A DNA stretch of 64,000 nucleotides from an uncultured delta proteobacterium (GTDB lineage: Bacteria; Myxococcota_A; Polyangia; Polyangiales; Houyiibacteriaceae), in contig CAVOVB010000002.1 of the NCBI GenBank assembly GCA_963699755.1, positions 320,001 through 384,000 of the forward strand, written 5' to 3'. How positions within the stretch are numbered: the first letter of the stretch is position 1; each line of letters begins with the position of its first letter. The notes under the pieces were generated by a model that saw only the letters and a program-made list of their open reading frames with translations, was not told where the DNA came from and ran no database searches. A program made the translations under genes and the position numbers. Shown piece after piece: positions 40,483 through 49,914 of this stretch.

Positions 40483-41112
40483 CTAGGCGGGTCGACGAAA
40501 CGTCCGTGCCTCGCCCTCGACGCGACCGTGGGCATGGCAGCCTCTGATGTGGTCGTTGACCATCCCCATCGCTTGCATGAATGCGTAGGCAGTCGTTGGG
40601 CCTACGAACTTCCAGTCGCGCTTTTTCAGATCCTTGGATAGCGCGGCGCTCTCGGGCGTCTTGCCAAGCTGATGAAGCGTCTCCCAGTCGAGCGCCTCTC
40701 GCCGGCGCGGTGGTTCCCATCGCCAGAAATATGCGGCCAGCGAGCCGTACTCCTCGCGGAGCTCTTGGGCGCGGCGCGCGTTATGGAGCGTTGCCTCGAT
40801 CTTGGCTCGATTGCGCACAATGGCCTCGTTGCCCAGGAGCGCCTTGATCTCGGCCGTTCCCATGGACGCTACCGCATCGATCTCAAAACCGGAGAACGCC
40901 TTCCGAAACGCCTCTCGCTTCTTAAGCACGGTCAGCCATGACAGCCCGGACTGAAAACCCTCCAGGCAGATCTTCTCGAAGAGCCGGCGGTCGCGGGCTT
41001 CGGGGCGCCCCCACTCGTTGTCGTGATAGTCGATGTAGAGCGGGTGACTGGTGCTCCAAGCACACCTCGTTACGCCGTCCTCTCCGACAGAGAGTCCCTG
41101 CCGAGCACTCAT
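40483..41112 (-). CDS. tag: DNA-3-methyladenine glycosylase I
   Basis: RCAW...YHDNEWG, LEGFQSGLSW, IVRNRAKIEA, FVGPTT, GMVNDH...C. Confidence 0.94.
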   Translation of the reverse strand: MSARQGLSVGEDGVTRCAWSTSHPLYIDYHDNEWGRPEARDRRLFEKICLEGFQSGLSWLTVLKKREAFRKAFSGFEIDAVASMGTAEIKALLGNEAIVRNRAKIEATLHNARRAQELREEYGSLAAYFWRWEPPRRREALDWETLHQLGKTPESAALSKDLKKRDWKFVGPTTAYAFMQAMGMVNDHIRGCHAHGRVEGEARTFRRPA

Positions 41113-41513
41113 GCCGGCGCGGCGCTCTTGGTTCCCGCCCAGGCCCAGTACAGCATGAACCCAACCATGGGTGGCGCTGTGAAGCAAAGCGGCAGCGGTA
41201 CACCCAGGACTTGCGGGCACTGCGTGCCTGCAAGCACGAGCTCCTTGATACTGAAGCCGATACCCGACGCGAGCGCGATGCCTCCCGGGATGAAGAAGAG
41301 CCAGCGCGAAAGCCGCGGGTTTGACACGAAGAGAGCGCTGAACATCAGCGCAAAGTAGCTCAGCATTACCACGCACGCAGGAAGTCCGAGCACTGGATAC
41401 GGTGGGCACAATCCCGGAGATCGGGCGTTGAGCAGCACGAGTCCCCCTGTGGCCGCGAGCATGACCGTGCCGAGGACGAGCATGCGCTTGCCAAACCGGT
41501 TGCCCGTCGTCAT
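41109..41513 (-). CDS. Small membrane protein with two CP-x(n)-PxC motifs
   Basis: LCPPYPVLGLPAC and QCPQVLGVPLPLC between TM helices; translationally coupled on both sides. Confidence 0.7.
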   Translation of the reverse strand: MTTGNRFGKRMLVLGTVMLAATGGLVLLNARSPGLCPPYPVLGLPACVVMLSYFALMFSALFVSNPRLSRWLFFIPGGIALASGIGFSIKELVLAGTQCPQVLGVPLPLCFTAPPMVGFMLYWAWAGTKSAAPA

Positions 41514-41971
41514 CACGGTCTCCCCGCGTTCGCCTCGGCCTTGCCTGCGAGACCTCCGAGGACGGCGTCGAAGACCTTGCCGGTCATCGACTTGATCATC
41601 GTCTGACCCATGAGCCATCCGACTGGACCAAATTTCACGTCATAGTCCATAGCCATGCGAGCGCGGGTTTTGCCGTCGGCCATGGGCTCGAGCGAAAACT
41701 CCGCGAAGGCTCGCTTGAGAGGCATCGCATACTCCGAGAGCCGGACTCGATAGCGCCGTCCGCCCTCCCACTCGGTGACCTCTTCGACGACGGAGGAGCC
41801 ATCCTTGAAATTGCAGCGCCGCATCGCCCCCTCTCCCGGCTCGCCGCTGGTGAGCGGCTCCACTGACACGATCGTAGGATGAAAGTCGCCAATCTCCATG
41901 AACCGCCCCAAGAACTGCCAGACCGCATCAACTGGCGCGTCGATGTCCCGTGTTCGCTCGCTGTGAATCAT
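41513..41971 (-). CDS. SRPBCC family protein
   Basis: IDAPVDAVW...FHP...GEGAMRRC...EEVTEWE; GGAGG RBS. Confidence 0.85.
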   Translation of the reverse strand: MIHSERTRDIDAPVDAVWQFLGRFMEIGDFHPTIVSVEPLTSGEPGEGAMRRCNFKDGSSVVEEVTEWEGGRRYRVRLSEYAMPLKRAFAEFSLEPMADGKTRARMAMDYDVKFGPVGWLMGQTMIKSMTGKVFDAVLGGLAGKAEANAGRP

Positions 41972-41997
41972 TCTCAGACCTCCGTGGATGTTTCCAA

Positions 41998-42009
41998 CTA
42001 ATCGATTAG
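41998..42009. promoter_or_regulatory. Perfect palindrome CTAATCGATTAG (candidate TetR operator)
   Basis: Lies between the TetR gene and the SRPBCC operon, ~27 bp upstream of ATG 41971. Confidence 0.55.
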
Positions 42010-42063
42010 ATACTGCGCCCAACGAGGTGTGTCAAGCCCGTAACGACGACGCCGGAGGCCCTT

Positions 42064-42654
42064 TTACGGGCGAAGTCGCTCGAGGTCGCGACAGATGGCC
42101 CGCGCCGCGTTCACCGTCATCTCCCGAGGCAGGCGCGCGCGCTTCATCACCCAGAAGCCGATCAGGGTGGCGGCAAGCATGTGGCTCTGGTCTTCGCAGG
42201 AGACCTCAGGACGGATTTCGCCGCGGTTCTTCGCGTTTTCGAGGGCGCCCTGGATAGCTCGCTGAATGCGGGCCACGTACGCGTGGACCTGCTTTCTGCT
42301 GGCGTTGTCCTCTGGGCCCCGCTCGACAGCCGCATTGGTGAGAAAACATCCCTTTTCCGCACCTGAACCGCTCGCGCCGGCGAAGAACTCAACGACGGCG
42401 ACGAGCTCGCGGATCCCCGCCTCCGGTGCCTCGAGAGCACGAAAATGCCGGCCAACGACTTCGAGATCGTAGAGCTCCAGCGCTGCTTCGTAGAGGCCTT
42501 GCTTGGACTCAAACTCCGCGAACAGGCTGTACGGATTGACCCCCATGTGGTCGGCGAGCTCTTTGGTCGAGGTAGCGTGGTAGCCCCGCCGCCAGAACAG
42601 GTCCATCGCTTTCCTCGCGACGCTCTCGCGATCATATCCCTTGGGTCGTCCCAT
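42064..42654 (-). CDS. TetR family regulator (NemR/ComR-like)
   Basis: MGRPKGYD...FWRRGYHATS...SLFAEFESKQGL; C-terminal GCFLTN. Confidence 0.9.
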   Translation of the reverse strand: MGRPKGYDRESVARKAMDLFWRRGYHATSTKELADHMGVNPYSLFAEFESKQGLYEAALELYDLEVVGRHFRALEAPEAGIRELVAVVEFFAGASGSGAEKGCFLTNAAVERGPEDNASRKQVHAYVARIQRAIQGALENAKNRGEIRPEVSCEDQSHMLAATLIGFWVMKRARLPREMTVNAARAICRDLERLRP

Positions 42655-42826
42655 TCGCGTCTGCCTCCAGGCCCAGGCCGAATCTAACCTAGCACTTGGA
42701 AATCGCCAGCGCCACCACGAAGTCGCAGAGATGGCAGGGCTGTGAGCCTCAGAGTGCTCCGGGCTTCAGTCGCCCAGGCGCGAACTCCAAAGCACTGAGC
42801 ACGAGACCACAGATCCAGTCAGCCCG

Positions 42827-43000
42827 GGCTGCCCCGCGGGCTCGTCTTGCGCGGAAACCACGCTCGGATGGCTTTGCCTCGTCGATTGCGAGACGGATTC
42901 GGAATGTCGTGAGGGCTATGCCTGCGAATCGATTACGGAAGCCGGGACGAGCGGCGGCTCGACTGTCTTGGTCTGCATCGCCCCCGACCCGGCTTCCTGA
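42827..43000 (+). pseudogene. 3' remnant of a Cys-rich secreted protein
   Basis: Frame not in the ORF track: GCPAGSSCAETTLGWLCLVDCETDSECREGYAC...LVCIAP*; no start codon seen. Confidence 0.5.
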
Positions 43001-43028
43001 TTCCCGGTCTTCGACTCGCGCGCGACGA

Positions 43029-43247
43029 TCAAAACGCGATTCCGCTCAAGGCATGTTGAAGGATCACGCGGTCGGGTTTCGCGAATGCGTCGCAGAACGC
43101 GACCAGCACGCCGATTGCGGCGTCGACTGGCGTGAGCGCGAACGACGCATCAGGCCATCGGATCGCGTTCGCAATTTCGGCTATGGAGAGGGCGAATTGG
43201 GGGTCTCTGATGTCGGTATTCATGGTTCTCTGCCTTTCTGGATTCAT
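43029..43247 (-). CDS. Small hypothetical protein
   Basis: ATGA-coupled to the upstream hydrolase; no motif recognised. Confidence 0.45.
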   Translation of the reverse strand: MNPERQRTMNTDIRDPQFALSIAEIANAIRWPDASFALTPVDAAIGVLVAFCDAFAKPDRVILQHALSGIAF

Positions 43248-44140
43248 GCGGCCGCTTGCCGATGCATGGGTGCATCGATGAAGCGAACGGCGGAATTAGT
43301 TACGCTCTCGTCGCGAAGAATTCGCTGGTGTCCCAGACCTTCGGTGAGCATGAGCTCGGCGTTCGGCCAGGCCTCGGCAATGCTCTGGCCCGCGCGCGCG
43401 GGGACTTCCTTGTCATCGCGATCGTGAATGACGAGTAGGGGAGTACGCATCGCCGGCGCCAGTGCGGTCGCTCGCATGTCTTCCATCGCGGCTCCTAGCC
43501 GTTCTTCGAGCCGGCGTTGCACGAGTGTGCGTACCTCGTCGCTGATGCCGAGTGCAGCGCTGAATGACGCGAGGAACACCCGGGGATCGGCCGGGGGCGA
43601 GATGAAGACGGCGCGCTCGAGCTTCAAGCCTTTCGCCAAAGCAAGCGTGGTCGCCGCGCCGCCTAACGAGTGCGCGACGACGCCGTGCACAGCTCCGAGC
43701 TGGTCGGCCACTTTGCGAATGCAGGTCGCAAGCTCCGGGAGCGAGAGGTAGTTCCCCGGCGACTCACCGTGCCCAAAAGCGTCGAACGCGACCACTCGGT
43801 AGCCGCGAGCCGATAGGGGCGAAACGAAAGCTCCAAGCTGCGTGGCTCTGCCGTTCCAGCCGTGCACGAGCAACACCGTGGGACCTTCACCCCAGGACCA
43901 GGCCTTCATTCCCCCGAGCGTCATCGGACTGGCTCCTTGGAGCACTTCGCGCTCTCCCGGTCGCGCGCTTCGCCGCTCGGTCTTTCGAAAGAGTCTCTCG
44001 ACGAGCCTCGCAGTGAGCCCGGGGGCGACCTGACTGGCGGCCGAGAAACCAGTCTCGATCCACTGTGGTGCTGTATAAGTAGAACGAACGATCGTGCTTT
44101 TATTTAGGCGTTCTCTCGGGTCGTCGGCTAGCGTCGTCAT
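43244..44140 (-). CDS. Alpha/beta-fold hydrolase
   Basis: LVHGWNG, GHGES, AHSLG nucleophile elbow, HDRDD, GLGHQRIL. Confidence 0.92.
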   Translation of the reverse strand: MTTLADDPRERLNKSTIVRSTYTAPQWIETGFSAASQVAPGLTARLVERLFRKTERRSARPGEREVLQGASPMTLGGMKAWSWGEGPTVLLVHGWNGRATQLGAFVSPLSARGYRVVAFDAFGHGESPGNYLSLPELATCIRKVADQLGAVHGVVAHSLGGAATTLALAKGLKLERAVFISPPADPRVFLASFSAALGISDEVRTLVQRRLEERLGAAMEDMRATALAPAMRTPLLVIHDRDDKEVPARAGQSIAEAWPNAELMLTEGLGHQRILRDESVTNSAVRFIDAPMHRQAAA

Positions 44141-44151
44141 GGTCTCCCTCC

Positions 44152-44736
44152 TCAGTGCGAGCGCTCGAGCAAGGCTTCGAACGCGGTGTAGGCATGTTGC
44201 TCGGCCCTAGGGTCGCCCAGGAGCCGGCCAAAGTGATGATAGGCCGCGGTGATCGCGCCGAGCTCGAAAGCGAACTGCCCAAGGTCCAAGCTCTCGCGGA
44301 ACTCTCCCTCGTCGATCGCGATCTGCGCCGCGCGCTTCAACACATCCTGATAGTCCTTCTGGACCTCGACCAGATAGTCGCGCGCTGGACCGGGCTGGTC
44401 ATCGAGCTCCGCTGCAACGGCATTGAAGATGCAGCCACCAGGGAGGGCCCTTTCCCACCGCTGCATCGTGTTCTCGAACAAGGCTCGAATGCGCGCCTCA
44501 CCTCGGGGCTTCTTGAGAGCTGGTGCGATGACGATGTCGACGAAGCGCTGTCTCGCTTCTTCGAGGACCTGGAGCTGGAGCTGTTCCTTCGAATTGAAGT
44601 GAGCAAAAAGACCGCTCTTGGACATCCCGGTTGCTCTCGCGAGCGCGCCGATGGTCAGATTCTCGAGGCCAACCGTGCTCACGAGATTGAGCGCCTCGCC
44701 TACAATCGCTGCCCTGGTCTCTTCTCCCTTGGTCAT
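44152..44736 (-). CDS. TetR family regulator
   Basis: MTKGEETR...LTIGALA...MSKSGLFAHFNSKEQLQ; GGC...ELDDQPG. Confidence 0.93.
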   Translation of the reverse strand: MTKGEETRAAIVGEALNLVSTVGLENLTIGALARATGMSKSGLFAHFNSKEQLQLQVLEEARQRFVDIVIAPALKKPRGEARIRALFENTMQRWERALPGGCIFNAVAAELDDQPGPARDYLVEVQKDYQDVLKRAAQIAIDEGEFRESLDLGQFAFELGAITAAYHHFGRLLGDPRAEQHAYTAFEALLERSH

Positions 44737-44742
44737 GGATTG

Positions 44743-44770
44743 ACAATAGAACGACCGTTCGTTTCGTCAA
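44743..44770 (-). promoter_or_regulatory. sigma70 promoter TTGACG-16-TATTGT with a palindromic operator in the spacer
   Basis: GAACGGTCGTTC between the boxes; ATG only 6 nt after the -10 box (probably leaderless). Confidence 0.6.
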
Positions 44771-44805
44771 CAGAAAATCTTGGGAATCGTAAAAAGCCAG
44801 TTAAA

Positions 44806-46023
44806 TCAGGGGCTTCCGTTGCAGCTGGAAGCTGCCGAGCCCGGAACCGTCTGGGCGGGGAAGTAGTCTCCCGGGTCGGTGAGCATGCCGCCGGCTTCGA
44901 GCTCCGCTTCGTTTCCGGAGATGGTGCTGTTGACGAAGGTCCCGCCGCCGTAAACACCACCGCCAGCGCGCGCCAGATTGTTCGCGACGGTACTGCCGTC
45001 GAGAGCTACTGGACTGTGCCCGTAGATGCCGCCGCCGAACCCGACCGCGCGGTTCTGGGAAAAGGTGCTGTCGGTCACGGTCGCCGTGCCCCCGTGGACG
45101 GCAAGTCCACCGCCATCTTTGTCGGCGGAATTCCCTGAGACCGTCGTTCGGGCCATCGTGAACTCGGCCGAAATTGAAAGGCCGCTGTCGCTGTTCCCTG
45201 AAACCGTGGAGTCGTTCACCGTCACCGTTCCTCCGGCGGAGATGCCGACGCCTACGTTGTCTGCCACGACGCTGTTCGTGACGGTCAACGTGGGGTCGCG
45301 CTGACTGAGTATTCCGGCCCCGTCTCCGGCTTCGTTCTGCACAACGCTACTATCGGTAAGGGTCAATGTGCCGTCGTTGCAAATACCGCCGCCGCGGCCA
45401 TGGAATCCAGGAGCGCCCATCGCGACGCTCTCGGAGACTACGCACCCTTCGTTCGTCAGGCTGCCGGCGTTCAGCACCGCCCCGCCTTCGATTCCGAATC
45501 CTTCGTTCGAGCCTCGGGTCATCGTGAGGCCCCGGAGCTCCGCGGCCACGTCAGCGGGTACCGAGAAGACACGGTGCTCATCGTTGGCGTTTATCGTCAT
45601 GTTTCCCTCGCCATCGAGGGTGACATCGTTGTCGATGACGACTTCGGCCGTCGTCGTGATTGTGGTCGGGCCATCGCAGTCGAAAGTGTACGGGCCGCCG
45701 CCCGCTTCAATCGCACAGAGGATCCCCCGCTCGTTGCACGAGCAGGTGTCGTCCTCGTCGCACGGGGCCGTGAACACACACTCTCCATCCGCCGGATTGC
45801 ACGCGTCGTCGGTGCAGTCGTCTTCGTCGTCACAAGTGACGCCTTCGCAGAGGTCGCCCCCCCCGTATCCACCACCACCGCCGGTGCCCCCGACACCGCC
45901 AGTTCCGCCGGAGCCACCCATGCCGCCATGCGGACCATCATCGGTGCACCCAACCATCGGCATGACGCCCAGCGCCAGCACGAAGCCGAATCCGAATCCG
46001 AATCCGAATAGGCAACGCATCAC
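44806..46023 (-). CDS. Lipoprotein with Gly-rich linker, Cys-rich repeat and beta-helix (PMP-like GGxI) repeats; probably 3'-truncated
   Basis: Lipobox MVGC; CDDEDDCTDDAC; GGAVLN/GGGI/NSTISGNEA repeats ending abruptly. Confidence 0.8.
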   Translation of the reverse strand: MMRCLFGFGFGFGFVLALGVMPMVGCTDDGPHGGMGGSGGTGGVGGTGGGGGYGGGDLCEGVTCDDEDDCTDDACNPADGECVFTAPCDEDDTCSCNERGILCAIEAGGGPYTFDCDGPTTITTTAEVVIDNDVTLDGEGNMTINANDEHRVFSVPADVAAELRGLTMTRGSNEGFGIEGGAVLNAGSLTNEGCVVSESVAMGAPGFHGRGGGICNDGTLTLTDSSVVQNEAGDGAGILSQRDPTLTVTNSVVADNVGVGISAGGTVTVNDSTVSGNSDSGLSISAEFTMARTTVSGNSADKDGGGLAVHGGTATVTDSTFSQNRAVGFGGGIYGHSPVALDGSTVANNLARAGGGVYGGGTFVNSTISGNEAELEAGGMLTDPGDYFPAQTVPGSAASSCNGSP

Positions 46024-47554
46024 AACGTCCCGGTCTCGAGCAATTGCTTTGGTGCAACGGCATCAACCGTGCCTTCTGGGCCGGAGCATACGGAGTGGCA
46101 TTGGTACGGGAGCTCTTCGTACTCGAAGTAGTAGCAATCCCAGTCCTCGAGTTCCGCGACGCAAACGTCCAACGCTTCTGCGTTAGGTTCGCAGGGCATG
46201 CGCTCTCGCAACGCCATGCACTCGGAGACGCATTCGGCGAGGACTAGATCCTCGGGGAAGCACGCCACCGCACGTTCGCAGTACCCGTCGCAGAGCGCTT
46301 GCCAGACTTCGGTGTGATCGGTCCACGGGCCATCGCCATAGCGGCTAGACCACACGGAGGCTCCAAGGCCGCCCGTCAGCGGCGGCCACACTGCGAGGCC
46401 CTTGCCATCCGTGTCCACGCCCATCTTCGGGTGCGCGACGTCACCCCCGGTGTCGAGTCTCACAGATTGGTCCCAAGCGCTACCTGGGGTGTACCGGCTA
46501 GACCAGATGGTGCCCCTGTAGTTGAAGACACCGCCCAAACCGCCAGCGCATTCCCGTTCGGATCGATCGCGACATCGGGCTCGGCATCGTATCGCTCGAT
46601 GTAGTCGGCCTCGACCAGCGCCGCCGTTCTCCATCCCGCAGCCGGGTCGAAACCGTTCGACCAGATAGCGCCTTCTTGGGTCTGCTCGTCCCAGCGCTGC
46701 CACACGACGACCGCTTCGCCGCTGGCGTTCATCGCGATCGCAGGCGCGCGCGATCGTCCAGCGCCGTCGAGGCTTTCGATGCGGGAGGGCTTGGCCTCCC
46801 AACCACTTGCGGGGGTGAAGCGATTGGCCCAGATGCGGGAGGGCCAGTCCTCCTGGTCCCCCTCTTCCTGGCGCCACACCGCAATGGCGCTTCCATTTGC
46901 GTCCATCGCGATGCGATGCCCGTCTGGATCCATCGCTGCCTGCGGAGCGCTCGGGTAGCCGATCTGGTCGTCGTCGATCCGCGTGACGGCGCCCCAGCCG
47001 CCTGTCGGCGTATGGCGCGCTGCCGCGAGGGTGCCCCGATTGTCCGCCACGCGGACCCACACCGCTATCGCATTGCCGCTTGCGTCCATTGCAACGCTCG
47101 GCGCGAACGTGCTCCCTGCGAAATCGGAGTCGAGGGACACGGCTGCCTGCCAGCCGCCTGCTAGCGTGTAGGCGGCGGCCCAAACTTCGCCCTGCCCGCC
47201 TTGAGCATCATGCTGCCATACCGCGACCGCGCTGCCGCTCGGATCCATTGCGACGCGCGGGTATCGCGCGAAGCCGTCGTCTGCCGCGATGCGCTCGGCC
47301 GTTCCCCAGCCACCTTCCGGCGCAAACGAAGCGGCCCACACTTGAGAGTCCGCCCCACCATAGTAGAGCCAGACGGCAACGGCTGCGCCGCTCGCGTCGA
47401 CGGCGAGATCGGGATCGTACCCGTCGGCGATACGCTCGGGGTCTCCACATCCGTGATCGATCGTCTCGCCTTTGGGATCGTCAGCGCACCCAGCGATCCG
47501 CAGAGCACCTACGGCAAGCAGAAACACCGAAAAGCCGATCAAATACCGCATCAC
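46020..47554 (-). pseudogene. Lipoprotein with AxDxxGxAxAVW repeats and Cys-rich tail, frameshifted near 46535
   Basis: Lipobox IAGC. Repeats continue from ORF 46460..47554 into the 46020 frame (GTIWSSRY...VDTDGKGLAVW...CDGYCER). Confidence 0.7.
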
Positions 47555-47591
47555 AACGTCCCCGATTCAGCAAGTCAGTCCTTCAGATCAG

Positions 47592-47607
47592 TGCAGCAGC
47601 CGTGCCA
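47592..47607 (-). promoter_or_regulatory. sigma54 promoter TGGCACG-gctg-CTGCA
   Basis: GG-N10-GC spacing, 38 bp upstream of the lipoprotein start. Confidence 0.6.
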
Positions 47608-47721
47608 GCTCGTTTGCGCGAATTCCCCTGGGTCTTCCGCATACTTCCAGCGCAAGATTTGCGTTTGGGGCGTGGGTGCGCACCGGATGCGCAGACACAG
47701 CTAGCGCCTTACGGCGGCACC

Positions 47722-48060
47722 TCAGGCGCCCCCATCGCTCATGCCCCCGTCAGGTGCTTCGCCTTCGAGTCGACACTCTCCTGAATCGCAAACTCCAGGT
47801 TGCCCATCTACTTCGCATGGGGTGCCGTCGCTGGCGTCGTCGTATTCGCACCAGTACGTATCTGTTCCTCCCGCTTCGAGACAGGAGGGATCGCTAGACA
47901 ACGAAGGCGTCCACTCGCGATGACAGAGATCCCTGGTACACGGGTTGTCGTCATCGCAGTCGCTATCGAGGTAGCACTCGTCAAACAATAAACCGCACCT
48001 CGGCATGAAGACGAGCAGAGCTAGAACGGCCACCATAATCCACTTGAGCATCGACAACAT
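47722..48060 (-). CDS. Small Cys-rich secreted/lipoprotein
   Basis: Signal peptide; CYLDSDCDDDNPCTRDLC...DGTPCEVDGQPGVCDSGEC. Confidence 0.75.
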   Translation of the reverse strand: MLSMLKWIMVAVLALLVFMPRCGLLFDECYLDSDCDDDNPCTRDLCHREWTPSLSSDPSCLEAGGTDTYWCEYDDASDGTPCEVDGQPGVCDSGECRLEGEAPDGGMSDGGA

Positions 48061-48066
48061 GACTGG

Positions 48067-48082
48067 TGCAACGCGCGTGCCA
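48067..48082 (-). promoter_or_regulatory. sigma54 promoter TGGCACG-cgcg-TTGCA
   Basis: Perfect -24/-12 consensus. Confidence 0.7.
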
Positions 48083-48426
48083 TTTGGTGCGCCGAAACTG
48101 CTTAGCTTCTGGCGTTGCTCAGGCGCAGCTATTGCGTTTGGGGCGGTGGGGACGTAGCGGGTGCGCTCGGCGTCACACCGCGACGGCCGCGACCGCGTGC
48201 GCCACGTTCCACTTCCGGCGCTGTTTGATCGACACCTTCCGACGCCATTCGAACCCCTCTAGGCCAAGCTCCGCAAGTTCGACCGGCGGCGGCGTGGCGC
48301 CTTTCGTCCCCCCGCGTCGGGGTTCCTGGCCCGAGGCACACGTCCGCGACCTTCGGGTCTTTTGCCCGAAGGTCGCAAGACGCGCGCGTCTCGTGTCCCG
48401 CAAATCGCACCGCTTGGCAACCCGTC

Positions 48427-48445
48427 CGACCTTCGGGTTATGAGC
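48427..48445 (-). other. tRNA-fMet-like fragment (anticodon loop to variable loop)
   Basis: Minus strand GCTCATAACCCGAAGGTCG matches the canonical initiator tRNA sequence (recalled, not searched). Confidence 0.65.
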
Positions 48446-48658
48446 TCACAAAGGAAGGCTTTCGCACGCCAGAACAAGCAATCGAGACCACTCAGAAACC
48501 TCAGTGAAGGCCAGGTATTAGGTTCCTTCGCCATGTTCACGGGTCGTCATCTCTCATCACTGCGTTTCACATCGTTAAGGCACCGTCAGGCCACCGGGTT
48601 CGTTTCGACACCGTCAACGGGCTCCGATGCAACACAATCCAGGTCTGAGTCGGGCATG

Positions 48659-49030
48659 CTACTCGAGCAAGCTGCGAAGCATCCACGCTGTCTTATGGTG
48701 TACCTGCATGCGCTGCGTGAGCATATCGCAAGTGCGCTGATCATTCGCTACCTCGGCAATCTTGAAGACGTCGCGCGACGTGCGAGCCGCGGTCTCGTGT
48801 CCTTCGACCAGAAGGCGGATCATGTCCTCGACCGTGAGAACGCCCTCTTCCTCCTTGATCGCCGATAGCTCCGCAAATCGCTTGTACGTACCGGGGGCCG
48901 CCATACTGAGGGCACGCATGCACTCCGCGACGAGATCAACAGCGAGGGCAAGCTCCTTGTACTGGGCCTCGAACATGAGGCGCAACGTCTGGAACATAGG
49001 CCCCGTGACGTCCCAGTGAAACTTGTCACG
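48659..49030 (-). pseudogene. dps: Dps ferritin-like protein, 5'-truncated and degenerate
   Basis: FHWDVTGPMFQTLRLMFE...DLVAECMRAL...HHKTAWML; first helix missing and conserved His/Arg residues altered. Confidence 0.8.
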
Positions 49031-49242
49031 GACCTCGGCGTTCTGAACGGCCATACGAGCGAGTTTTGCCGGTGTTTTCGCGGTTTCGTGATTCGGGAAA
49101 GTGCGCTAAGGAGAGTGGCGCTTAGATGCGCGAGCGCAGGAGTTCGCCGGAAGTCGTAGCGGCGCATCGTCGACTTTCGCCATGCTTGTGGTACCGTTCA
49201 GACTGCCTGGCGTGAGACGTGGCCGGCATGGGAGGGTTGGAG

Positions 49243-49611
49243 ATGAGAATGCTCGTGATACTGGTTCTGAGCGGGACGCTCGGGCTCCTCGGGTGTGGCA
49301 GCAGCGACGACGGAAGCGGCGGCTCAGGGGGGTCGGGTGGAAACGGTGGCACGGCAGGCACCGGCGGGGCCGGCGGCACCGGCGGCACGGACGCCGCGGC
49401 GGCGTTCTGCGACGGCTTCGAGGCCACCTGCAATTACGTCGACTACGAGTTCGAGAACCGTGCCGACTGCCTCGACTTCTACAACACCGAGGATGCTGCG
49501 CGTGTGGCATGCGTCGAACAGCACTTGGGCTTCGCGATGGACGCCGAGACCGGTAGTCCCGACAGGGCTTTGCACTGCGGACACGCGTCGGGACTCGCAC
49601 CGTGTAACTGA
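49243..49611 (+). CDS. Gly-rich/Cys-rich lipoprotein
   Basis: Lipobox LLGC; GGSGG linker; six further Cys, with C...H...HC.HA.G..PC at the end. Confidence 0.75.
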   Translation: MRMLVILVLSGTLGLLGCGSSDDGSGGSGGSGGNGGTAGTGGAGGTGGTDAAAAFCDGFEATCNYVDYEFENRADCLDFYNTEDAARVACVEQHLGFAMDAETGSPDRALHCGHASGLAPCN

Positions 49612-49841
49612 CACGACGGAAGTCTCTCGATCATGAGCTTCACGACCCGGGTTTCCGAGCGAGGCAGCATAATGCCGTAAGCTTCGGGTTCGATCGGAGA
49701 TGTGATGAACCCCACTGTGCCTCCTGCAATCGATAGCATCATCGCGGACATGCGGTTTTCGGCGCTGGCGCCCTCGCCGCTCGGCCCCAGTCGATCGAAG
49801 TAGCGCTTGGTTCGAGCAGCGTCCGGTCGGGAAGACAGTCC

Positions 49842-49872
49842 TTGAAATCCTGACCGACGGTCGTTATACGCT
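49842..49872 (+). promoter_or_regulatory. Candidate promoter TTGAAA-19-TACGCT with GACCG-A-CGGTC palindrome
   Basis: Upstream of the TMEM165 gene; long spacer containing a dyad. Confidence 0.4.
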
Positions 49873-49914
49873 GTCCACCGTTTTCGATACCGGCGCGTCC
49901 CGCGGAGGCTGTTC

